Of a stretch of 64,000 bases of DNA, positions 13,681-26,200 are shown one piece after another. How positions within the stretch are numbered: the stretch's first letter is position 1; each line of letters opens with the position of its first letter. This DNA comes from Vicugna vicugna. Taxonomy: Eukaryota. Under the pieces are notes generated by a model. That model was not told the DNA's origin. It made no database searches and worked only from the letters and a program-made list of their open reading frames with translations. The stretch is from contig MU059052.1 of assembly GCA_013265495.1 (NCBI GenBank), positions 7,884,375-7,948,374 of the forward strand, given 5' to 3'. The position numbers and the translations under genes were made by a program.

Positions 13681-14177
13681 TATTCCTGGCATTCAGTATG
13701 TTTGTTGTTGCTATTATTATTATATTTATCAAAAAATAAAATAATATTTAAATTATATTTCCTGGAATTGTTGGCATATTCCTTGTTTGCCCAAAAATAT
13801 GTCATTTGGGGCCAGGCTTGCTTTTCAAGCTCTGCCTCTTTTGACTGCTCCCTTTGCCGATTGTATACAAGGTACTGTGGCCAAAAAGATAAATTCATGA
13901 CTTTTTGTGACTTGCAATATTTGTAGTTTTCTATATAGTTGTGTTCTGATGCTTTTCTATTTGTGGAAAAAAAATATAAAGTGTGTTGTGTATGTACTTG
14001 GAATCACCATATAGTATACCTGGGTGTCATCATTGACTGAAAAAATGTGATACTCATAAAAGATTTGTTTGGAAGTTATATCAACAGGAGTGGTAAATGG
14101 AATTTAAGGTGTAATTTATTGAATTTTTTAGATTAAAAAAATGTAATAATAGATCCATGTTGTTTTCTCTTTAACAG

Positions 14178-14263
14178 ATGGGCTTAGGTCATGAGCAAGG
14201 ATTTGGAGCCCCCTGTTTAAAATGCAAAGAAAAATGTGAGGGATTTGAACTGCACTTCTGGAG
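14178..14263 (+). CDS. TES: TES exon 2 (86 bp)
   Basis: Acceptor ttttctctttaacag|ATG at 14178; translates [29 protein letters not shown]; donor AG|gtaatg at 14264. Confidence 0.97.
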
Positions 14264-17200
14264 GTAATGTTTTGAAAACTACAACCACATTAGTAATTTC
14301 TACTTTTTGGCCCTGCTTCCTCAGACAGTAGAGATCGCTTATAAGTTATCCAGCATGGTTGCTAAGTCGTGGATCTTTTCTATTGTTTTCTAAGAAATAA
14401 ATTAAAAAATAAAGGTATTCTGACTTCATATCATTATTTTAGCTAATTGAGCCATAGTATCTATATTTAGAATTGTTTGATTTATTTGCCGTCCTTCAGG
14501 TTTACTGTGAGACTAAAATACTGAATGTCTCTTTTCTGAGTGGCAGATAAGTTTGTGGTAATCTTGAAGGACTGTTTATTAATCTCTTATTCCTTTCTTA
14601 AAAATTGATAACTTTGCAATCTCATCTGTATACTTGTGATAATAAATATGAATTGAGCATTCATGTCCTTGTTGTCAGGACACAGACTTGAATCTAGGTC
14701 TTTCCAAATTTTCAGCTGTAAATTTAATACTGAAAAACTTTGAAACATTTGAATTTAAAGAAATAATAACTCGGAGGTTAGAGTATAGCTCAGTGGCACG
14801 AGGTCCTGGGTTCAATCCCCAGTACCTTTATTAAAATAAATAAATAAATGTAATTACCTCCCTCCTGCAAATAAATAAATAAAAGACAAAGCTAAATAGC
14901 TTTAATTAAAAAAAAAGAAATAGTAACTCATGGCCATTGTCTTGGTTTGAATCAAGTGCCTATATATGGAGGATGAAGGTTAATGGATCAAAAATGTGAA
15001 TATTGTAGAGCTCTTATTTGCATGTTTTTTAAAAAGTAATATCATATGTCATATAAACCTAAAATCAGTATTTTAAGCATGTTCTTTTGAAGAACGTAAA
15101 TGTTGTTCATCAGTGGTTGTCAAACCATAATGTTAGTTTATAAGTCTGTTCAAAGTTAGAATTAGCATATTCTTTTTAGAAGGAAAAAAAATGATCAACT
15201 ATACATTATTAGGATGGCAGCTGCCTCGTTAGAATCAGTCTCACTTGGGAATCACTTCCGTATTGCATACTTCCATAGGAAATGGAGTTGTATACAGTGT
15301 AAGTTAAAGGAGAATGCAAACAAAATTTGGGATATTAGTCTCTTTTAAAGTCTTATTTATTTAGTAAGTTTTAGGGAACAAAGAAAGTTGTTTTAAATAG
15401 TGAAGGCAACATAAACCTTAGTCCTTCCCAAATGATGATAGAGTTGTTTATCTGTAGGGAGCTAAAATGTTCCAGGGAATTTTAAAATTACAAGACTTTA
15501 ATAACTTCCTTGTGCTACTCTTCAAGGGATATAGCAATTTGTCGATATGTCTGTTATGTTTTAGAAAGGGAAAGTCACTAGTCATTAGAAAGGGAAACTA
15601 TCACAAGATAGTTTTCATGGATTAGAATATTTCAGCTCTTTTTAAAAGTTGTATTTATTTATTTATTTATTTTTTGAATATATGTATTTCAGCTCTTAAC
15701 GTTAGCACCACTTTCTCTATTGTACTCAGTGGGCTTTGTGGAGAGCTGCACTGCCCTCTGCTGGGCACAGTTCTTACTTTACAGTCTTAAAATGTACTCT
15801 AGTTTGACTGCGACACTAGCCAGAAACTGCGAATTAAAGCCCATTCCTAAGTGATCTTTTGTCTAAAACTGAAGGTTAGTTTATAGTAGTTTTTTTTTTT
15901 GCTCTGTATTATCTTTATATTGCAGGTAACTTTCATCTTATACTTTCAGATAAAAATGTCAGATAAGAGCAGATCTCTATGGTATGAAATCCACTTATTT
16001 ATTTTAATTTTTCTACAGAGTCTCATCTGTTTACCTGGGTATGACCTGAGACTCTATTAAGAATGATAAAAGCCTAGGGTTTTGCCACAGCCTCCAATCT
16101 AGCTTGGGTTTATACAGTCTGTCCAGATGGTGTTACTTAGTAGTTCTTCCCGACGTGAGTCCAGACACATTTCTCAGAATTTTTGATAATTCCCTGCCCT
16201 TTTCACCAGAGCTGGAAGGCTTGAGGCTTGGGGCCTTTGACCTCCATATGAGCCATTTTCAGTACAGTCTTTGAAGTAAAATATTCTAAGCCTGATTGTC
16301 CTGAATGTAACGAAGTTTCCAGGTCTGGTCCAGGGCCACAGAACTGCTGATTGAAGTGGATGTGGGGTCCCAGGACCCCTCCTCTTCCATCTTCATGATG
16401 ACTCTGGACTTCTGAGATCCTGAGGGCTTCATGGATCATACTATGGAAATCAGAGCCTAATTCTTCTTCACTTTTACCAGTCTGGCCTTCTTTGCAGCCA
16501 CAAGAATGGTCTTTTGAAAATGGATACTATTAGGCAAACTTCCCAATAGCTTAAGAACCTTCAGTGCTTTCCCTCTGGACTTGATGTTAAACCTCAGCAT
16601 CTGGCTTCTGCTTACTCCACCAGCCTCCCCTCCCATTTCAAGTACCCTGTGCGTCGACTACTTGGACATATGCTGTTTCCTGAAATTTCTGTGCCTTGTT
16701 TCATGTTCCCTTTGCCTGGAAAGACCCTACATCTCACCCTACATCTCACACCTGAAAAAAAGTCCTTCCCATTCTCTTCAAGCCTCTGCTCAAGCACTGT
16801 CTCTGAGAAGTCTCCTTTGCTCTCTGTGTCAGTTAGCTTGGGCTTCCATGGCAAAATACCATAGACTGGGTGGCCTAAACAACAGAAGTTTATTGTCTTA
16901 CAGTTCTGGAGGCTAGAAGTCCAAGAAGTCCAGGATCTAAGCATCAGCATGGTTGGCTTCTGGTGAGGACCTGCTTCCTGGTTTGCAGATGGCCGCCTTC
17001 TAGCAGTATCTTGACATGTCTTTTCACTGTGTGTGCACGTGGAGAGAGAGATCTCTCTCTTCCTCTTCTTATATGGCCACTAGTCCTATCAGATAGGACC
17101 CCATCCTCATGATCTCATTTAACTTTAGCTCCTAAAAGCTCTATCTCTAAATACAGTCACATTGGGGGTTAGAGCTTCAACATATGAATTTGGGAAGGGA

Positions 17201-20200
17201 CACAATTCAGTCCATAGCACTCACTTTCCCTGCTTCCATACACCTCAGGTAAAGTGATTCCCCTTAACACGTCATACACTTGTAAGGAGCCAGAAAATAC
17301 TCAGACCTCATTTTCTTCATCATCTGGACCTCTTGCTGGTGCCTTCCATTGCTGGGAATTAGGTAGAGCACTGCTGCAGTCCTCAGGGGTCAGTCTCCTA
17401 GGACACAGCACAGGGTACTGTGCAGAAGGGTGCAGAATGGGTTTAGAGAGTGGAAGAGATCCAACAGGCATGACTGCCTGTTCAAGGTGTGTCTCAGCAA
17501 TTGTAAAAAGCTGAAGGTGAACTCTTAGACATACAGAAGTTTAGAGTGGAACTCATAAATTAGCTAGCCAAACCTCATTTTACAGATCAAGGGACTAAGA
17601 CCTGAGGAAGTTAAAAAATGACTTTGAGCGTATTATTTATTAATAAGAAATATAATTTATGAACATCTCCTATGTGTCATACACCGATAAACATTTGTGC
17701 TAGTTTGCTGTTGCCACATAACAAATTACTACAAATATAGCAGGTTAAAACAACACCTTTAATTATCTCAACATCCATTTGTGCTTTAGGTGGCCAGGCT
17801 TAGCTGGATTCTCTTTTTCAGGTCCCAAAAGACTGAAATTAGAGTTTGACCAGGTGGAGCTCTAATCTGGACACTCATGGGGAAGAGCCTGCTTCCAGGC
17901 TCAGTTATGTTGGTAGAATTCATTTCCTTGTGGTTGTAGGCCTGAGGTCCCTGTTTCCTTGCTGGCTGTCAGCCAGGTGCTGCTCTCAGCTTCTAGAAGC
18001 CACTCACTTTCCTTAGCACACGGTAACCTCTATGTTCTAAGTCAGCAACAGTGTTTAGAATCCTTTCTGCACTTCACATATCTCCGAATTCCTCTTATGC
18101 TCCCAACCAGATAAAACTTACTGTTTTTTAAGGGCTCTTGTGATTAGATTGGGCACACGTTAATAATCTCCCTTTTTCCATATAAAGAAATGTAATAGAA
18201 ATAACATCAGGGGTGAAGGTCATAGGGACCACCTTAAAATTCTGCTTACCACAGCACTTTATCTACCTGATTGCACCTAATCCTCAAAATACCTTTTAAG
18301 GTAAGTGGTAGTATTCCTATTTTATATATGAGACGTCAAAGACTTAGGAAAGTTAAATAACTTACTAAGGCATGGCTTATAGACGGCAGAGCTGGAATTT
18401 GGACCCAAAGCTTGCTAAAACCTTGCTTAATCACCTTTCTACAGGACAGAACAGAAACTAGAACCCATGTTTACACTCTCCTGCCCAGTGAACTGTGATC
18501 TGCACCAGGCTGTCTACCCTACAGTGTGGCTCTTTTATGGCACTTTTGTGGCACAGACATCTTTGTGGATAATGATATTTTAACTGTGAGCTCTCCTTTT
18601 CTTTAATGCACCAATGATTGCAAGACTAGAAGAGAATAAAAGGTCAAGGATGCCTGATACCATAGAAGAACTACTATCTTCTGGGCACACTATTAAGTAA
18701 TATTTATAGATAACAAATATTTATAAAATGCAAGACACAAACCCAAGGTATCAAGGAGTTTACAGACAATTATTCATATTGGAAATAATACTGGAACCAT
18801 AGAACATTTATCATATAAGTAGTAGAATTACTCTTTTGTCTTATCTGTGATAAATCCTTCCAATAAAACAGTTGCTTTTTACAAGAAATGTGTTACCTGA
18901 ATATAGCATACATCTGTCCAGAGAATTTCTGATTAGTTTAGAGCTAGCTGAAAACTGAAAATTCCCCACCATAAATGGATTAACGCTTGTGTTGCATTCT
19001 ATAACAGAGGCCCGTGCTTAAGTCCATATATGTATATCCCTGTTGTAAAAGGGCAGTTTCCAGCCCTTTTAAGTTATTGGTTTGTAGCAGTGCCATGACC
19101 ATCCCTTTAAATCACTGTGAATGCTGGCGGCATGTCAAAGCACTCCAGTTGCTATTACTTGCCTTGGAAAATTAATAATTTTTACAAATAGTGATGTAAA
19201 AATAATTTCTCTTCAGAGGGGATGAGGGGTAGTTTCTTGACTGCTTTCAGCTTGAAACTAAATCTGTCTTCTTTTCTGAGGCAGTGCTTTTGGTAAATTT
19301 TGGCACTCTCTTAGACTTAACTCAAGAACTCTGAATTGTAATGTAAAATTTTGAGTATACAGTTCTGATTTGTCATGCATATTAATCTTTGCATGTGTAT
19401 GTGTTAGCAACGTTAAACTTTTTTGTACAAAGAGCTTTTAGTACAAATAACCCTGCTTTCCCCACATCTTGGAACTTCCCAGTCCACCAGCCTACCCTTG
19501 AATCTTTTTTTAAAAAGTCATTAAAAGACTATTTTAAACTAACTTAATTCAGAACCTCTCCACCCTGTCTTTTTTTATCCAATACAGCTTTTATTAACAT
19601 CCCATGGAGAGTCTGGAGAGAATTGCTCTAGGGCAGTTTAGAAGATTTAGGGATATGACAACTGTGCTAAGTATGGGGACTGATTTCCTCTAAAACTGCT
19701 ATCAAATTGGTATAGCTCAAATATATTTAATAAAAATAAACTGTTAAGTCTCCACATATTATCAAAAGTTATGTGTGAATCATCTGAGGAAAGATACTGT
19801 ACAAACACTACAGCACAGCCCCTAGCACTTGGGTCACTGTGCTCCCCTGTGCCCTGGTTTTGTTTTGTTTCAGGTTGGTATAAAACCAGTTTTTAAAAGT
19901 TCCTTGTTTTCTTAAGAATGATGGAATCTGGGTTATTTTAGGGTGAAATTAAGTATGTGGTATATGTTCCATTCATTCTCATGCCTTCTCTCAGATACCA
20001 AGATAATGGTATCCCTTTCTTCCCAATTCTTCAACAAAATTTCCCTTTTAATACATTTAAAAGTTCTTAAAAGATACTTCTAAAAATAAAAAATTTTGGT
20101 ATAAATATGGGAGATTCAAATATAAAACACTGCAGACAAAAACCCCCAAAAGAGGATTTTAAACATTTTTTTAAAAACCTAGATAAGTAGTAAATAGGAC

Positions 20201-23200
20201 AGATTGACACAGTGGATAGCTCTTGATTTTATAGGTTTTTTTCTTGCCTAGTGGTTTGCAGCTGTCCCTTTTTATTGTAGAAATGCACCACTAGTGTTAG
20301 GGGTCTGGAAGGGATGTGGTCATTCCAGCTGCTTCAGTGATGACAACTCTAACTAAAAGAACCACCCTACCCTTCTTGAGTCACATTCCTGCTAAGTACT
20401 CTCTTATTGCAGGTCACCGTGTTGAAGTGAGGATGCAGATGAGGCTTATAATATATTTGTGATTTTAAAGACTGTCATGAATCAATCATAGGTTTTCTCC
20501 AATTAGAAAACTGATAATCAGGCATCATCTGACTTCTTTAGTTACTTCTTTTTCCCTCATCACTGCTGCTGTTGGTTTTACTTGCTTAATAAAGGTATGC
20601 AGGGTGGGTGAAGAGATGGAGAATGTAGATTTTTTCAGAATGTAAATCTTCTAAGAATAGCCAAGACAAATAATAAGAAAAGGTATAGAGATGGCTCTTA
20701 TGTCATTGGTTAATATACCTTTTAATATATAAACATTTTCTAACTATATTTAACCATGCTATATAGCTTGTCATAGTTCATGCTTTAGAAAACCAGCAGG
20801 CTTTAATTCACTTACTCTTTTACTATTTGTCTTTCAAATTCTAGAGTCTCACTCCCCTCATTTCATGGTGTACATGTTGTACTGCTAGAATTGGATAATA
20901 ATTTCCAAAGGAAGTTTAGTATTCATCACGTCCTTGTAACATTATTACTTCCTTTTTTAGTCAATCACTTTCCTAATTATTAGGATGCATACCATAGTTT
21001 ACAGCCATATAAGGATCTGTTTATCTATGTTAAGAACTAAGTTCCCACACCACCTCTTTCCCCTCAGGAGGATGTGATTTTAAACTTGATGCAAAAGCAA
21101 TGTGATCATTTTATGAATCATCACATTGTTTTTGTTAACTGAAGAACAAGAATGAAGAACATACTGTAGTAGGATAGTACGCTCCTTTCCACTAGATGGA
21201 AGTATGAGATAGCCAGATGTCTTTTATAGTTGAACTAGAACATGCAAACTATTCAGTGAATTCTTACCAAATAAAGAATTCTGACCAGTGTGTGCGCAAG
21301 GAAAGTAGTTTGCCTCCCCACGCCTCCTGTCTCTGATTGTCTGTCTCCTTCTCTAACTCTTTCAGGGACTGTACAAGTCAGATCTAATGTTTTCAGTTTG
21401 CATACCTTGCCTTAAGAAAACAGGACACCAAAAAAACTATAATTACTTAATAATTTGTTATTTGACAAAGAGATTTATTTAAGAGTTTTTCCTAATTTTG
21501 TATGTAGAGAAATCCAGTGATTTATATTAATTTTAAATCCAGAAAACTTAATAAACTCATACTGATGCTAATACATTTTTAAATGATCAGTCATAGCATT
21601 TGTGATTAACAGCAGTTTAGTTTCTTCCTTTCTGATGAATCCTTACAACTTCTATTTCTTTGATCTTACTGCTCTGCCTAGTACCCACAGGACAAAATGA
21701 ATGAAGTGGTGATGGCAAAGTTGCTTTCTTGCTTCAGATCCTAAAATGAATGCACTACGTATGATGGATGCTGAGTACTTGCGGGATTTTTTTCCCCAGG
21801 AAACCCTTCCCTAAAATCCTAATTCCCTTCTACAGCTAAAATTACTTTAATAATGTAAACAGAATAGATGTTGAAATTCATTGAATGCTTTTTGTGGATC
21901 TGATGACAAGCAAACATTTACTTTATCAGCTTCTGCTATTATCTTTATTTTTCTTCTTTTTTCTTTATACTTAGTCTGAATTTTTCCTAGCTTTCTGAGT
22001 TAAACACTTATCTTATTAAAAATCTTTCTTCCTTCTAATTTGAGCATACTTAACTGTAAATTTCCTCCTCAGCATCCTGTTAGTTGTGTTCTACAGGTTT
22101 TCAGGAAGTAATAATTTTGTTTTCTTTTTTCTCTAAAATGCTTTTTGTTTTAATTTCTGTTGCAATTTTTTTCTTTCAACATTGAATTTTTTAGGAGTCT
22201 TTTCTTTTTTAAGTACTTTATAGTTACTTTTTAGCTGGTGATTTCTAACATAATTGCATTCTGTTCTGATAATGTGGTTGATGATCAGCCCTTGGGCATT
22301 TCTTGAGTCTTGCTCTGTGGCATAGGAGGTGTTCAGTTTTCCAGAGTGTTTCAAATACTCACAAAAATAATGTATGTTCAGTCATTGGATATGATATTTT
22401 TATGTGTCTGTTAGGTCAAGCTTGACAATTGTATTATTCAAATCCTTATTCTAATTTTTTGGTCTCACTATAATGATGGGTTTGTCCATTTATTTCTTAT
22501 AGTTCTGTTACTTTTGCTTATATATGTTGAAGTTAGGTTATTTGACTGTACTAAGTTCAGAATTGTTAAATCATAGAGGTGTTTTTAGATGTTTGTTACT
22601 ATATAATGACTCTCTTTAATAGACATTAAGGGAAAAAGCATTAAATGTGTGATAGTAATATAGATAGGTATCTAACTTAATATCTTACTGGTTTGCCTGG
22701 TTTATCTTTTTGCATCCTTACACTTTCATCCTTTCTATGTGCTTAAAATGTAAGCATTTCTTACAAATAGCATATAGTTTGACTTTGTTGTATTACCTTT
22801 CTGAAAGCCTTTATCTTTTAACTGGAGGATTGAGTCAATTTATTGTGACTGTTGATATATTTGGATAATATCAACTGTCTAATTTGTGCTTTCTACATGT
22901 CCTGATTTCCTAGGTTTCTTTTTTCTCCTCTTTCATTGCCTTCTGTTTGACTAACTACGTTTTTATATTTTCATTCCTTTTTCTATTACTTTAGAAATTA
23001 TATTTCTTTCTTTAGTTATCTAGATATTTTAAAATACATGCTTAACAACGTCTAATGTCAATCTATATTTTCAGTATCTTCCTGAACAATGTAAGGATAT
23101 TAGAATATTTTAAAAACTCTCAGATTCCTCTGTCTAACTTATATAAGTATATATGTCATTCCCCCACTTTCGAATTTACCCTTTTTACCAGGCTACAGTT

Positions 23201-26200
23201 TTTAACACTAGATCTGTGTATCCTATAATCTACTTGATATCTTTACACTGTCTAATAGATATTTCAAACTTAACAGTAGTTCAGTTTTGGATACCTTTCA
23301 CCAACGTTTTTCCCCCATACCTTAAATCTGTTCCTCTTTTGCATTTGCACTCTAATAAATCACATTCCCTCTACCAACATACTCATCCCTGAAACCTGGG
23401 TTCATTTTTTAGCAGACTGGGTCTTCCCTTCACCATCACTACATCCACAAAGTTTAGTCAGTTTCACATTCAGGGATATCTTAAATCTGTTCCTTTCTTT
23501 TTATCTCCACTGTCAAATAGTCTAGTCCAAGCTATTATACATCTTACCTAGGACAAAACAGTAACCATCCAAGATGTAAATTTGACTCTTGAAGTAGCAG
23601 TAGAATCCCTGTTACTTAGAACTTTGCCATTGCAAACTGGATGCACCATTGACATGTTAATTGGTCTCTCTACTTCCATCTACCTCTAATCCATTCTCCA
23701 CATGTCAGGTATTGCAATTTTTGAAAACGATAGGTCTAATCATGTTATTCCATTACTTAAAAGCCTTCAGTGCCTCCTGATTCCTCGTATACCTAAGCCA
23801 AATTTCTTAATGTGCCCTACATACCCTTGCATGGTCTCATGCTTGCCTGCCTCTCCAGCCTTGCCACCACCCCCTGACTTACCTCACTGCAGTTGTACAG
23901 ACTTCTCCGATCATGGGACCTAAGGGTACAATCTCTTTCCTAATTCAGAACCACCACAAACATTCTTTCTACCCAGGATGTTTGGAAGCTTTTCTTCTGC
24001 TTTCTTTACCCCTTCTCAAATACACAAACACAATTCACACCTGTTGTACACATCTTTCAGATTCAACCTACATGTCACTTTCTTATGGAGTAATGTTCTT
24101 AAGGAGTCCTTTCTTCACTAGTTCCAAGTTAAAATTATATCCTGGCAAAGTATCCTTTGAGATACTTTCTTATCACAAATGCAGTTATACATGTGTGTGT
24201 ATATATGCTTGTGTTTTTATTTGTTTAATGTCTGTCTCCCCAGCAGGTGGTAAGTTCTAGAATGTCAGAAACTGGGCCTAATTTTTTTCACCATTATGTC
24301 CTAGTATCAAGTACATTGCTTGGCACATGGACACTCATATATTTTGCATGAATGAAAGATTACATGCCAGACCAAATTGGAGAAAGGGGATGGTGTCCCT
24401 CAACTATAAGAAGGCCAGAGATGTTCATTTATCTGTCATCTTATGTATAAGGGAGCATGTGATAGGTAATCACTAAATATTTGAAGAAATAAAAGGAGGA
24501 AGGAAAGGGAGAGAAAGAGGAAGAAGAAAGGAAATGGGAAATGAGAAAGGAGAGGAAAGGAAATTGGAAAGGAGACAGGAAAGGAAAGGAGAAAAGCTAA
24601 ACCTCAGTCTAGGATTACCATCCTTGATCAGAGAAGTTGTATTAACCTCCTTATCTCACTTAAAAAGAGACCAAAAAAAAAAAAGAAAAAGAAAAAGGTG
24701 AGTAATGGCTATGAACTATTATCATACAGTAAAATAGAAACCACTTGCTGTGATAGTTTTTTGGTGATTTTGTTTTATTTATCTGGTTGAGCGAATGAAG
24801 ACTACCAGGTCAGGTTACCCTCAGGGATGCCCCCTTGAGCATGCACTTTTTAATCAAAACCCAACTTTTTCAAAGTCTTATAAAACGAAGGTACACTATG
24901 TTTCCTTGCTTAAGTTTATGGATAAGCTACTTGTAATTCCCTCGCCCCCCGCACCTCCCCGCAATACTTGCCTTTGCATACCATTATATAGAATATGTGT
25001 AAAAGTATATTATGAACTATGTATGTATGATTGATTAGGTATAATTAATCATATAATTAATCTTGNNNNNNNNNNNNNNNNNNNNNNNNNNNNNNNNNNN
25101 NNNNNNNNNNNNNNNNNNNNNNNNNNNNNNNNNNNNNNNNNNNNNNNNNNNNNNNNNNNNNNNNNNNNNNNNNNNNNNNNNNNNNNNNNNNNNNNNNNNN
25201 NNNNNAAAGCTAAAGTCAGATGGAATTCCCATGTATAAACGCAATGTTATGATACTGACCAATCCAGTTGCTGCCAAGAAGAATGTCTCCATCAATACAG
25301 TTACCTATGAATGGGCTCCTCCTGTCCAGAATCAGGCATTGGTAAATATTAAGGGGGAGGGAAGTCCCTTAATTAAAGTTCCTGGGCTACTTATTTAGGG
25401 CTATTCCTTCAGTGACCTAACTGATCTCAGATCTGATATTTTTCTGGGGTTCCCATTACTCTGACTTCTAACTCCTATTAGTCTTTTGAAAGTAAGATTA
25501 GATAACTCATAGAATTTTTCCGACTACCTATATCTGTTAACCTTTTGGAAGAAATGGCCTGACATTTTTAATTAGATGAAAACCACATGTTTTATATAAA
25601 TCTAGTAACTTCTATCTTACTCTAAAGTTTTCTCTTAAGATGATAAAGAATATCTAAAGAATAGAATTTGTCATCTTTTTAGAACTCAAAAATATTCAAC
25701 ATTAAAGTTCTTTTACTATGTAAGGCAAAAACAATGCCATTTTGTGTCAAGTTCCTTCCACTATTATTAAACAACTAGATGAAACATTTGGAAATCTTCT
25801 AAGAAATTTAGTTAAATCATTGAAGTGAATCTTGTGATGATATCATTTTCTTATAATGATGAAAATACTAATGATCCTTAGGCCATTCTAAACATGCTGC
25901 CTAAAAAATTGTGTTCTCTTGCCATTGTATAATTGGAACAAGTAAACATTAGTAACCCAAGTCTTTTTGCAAATTGAAAAAAAAAGCTTTAATTTCATGA
26001 AGAAAAATGTGTTCATTTTTACTGACCTAAGCCGATTTAGTACCACTTAATGTGTTAACATCCCAAGATATTTATATTATGAAGATCAGCTGTTATTAAT
26101 GGATAAAACAGGCTTCTTTCTTAAGTTATTTGATTCTGATGAGTGTTATAAAATATTGTTTATCTGATGGCCAAGGCATCTCCCAGTTAACACTAGTCTC

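Noticed and set aside
13880-14050. Fragments resembling a LINE RT thumb motif (FSICGKKI..., YLGVIID) just upstream of exon 2
   Set aside because: Similarity is short, in inconsistent frames and could be chance; needs an HMM search against Dfam L2/CR1/RTE-X models.
14773-14830. tRNA-like A and B boxes (also at 36461 and 58565)
   Set aside because: They have A-rich tails and TSDs and lack a full cloverleaf, so they are SINEs, not tRNA genes.
16725-16748. 12-bp tandem duplication ccctacatctca x2
   Set aside because: Trivial slippage event inside decayed repeat sequence.
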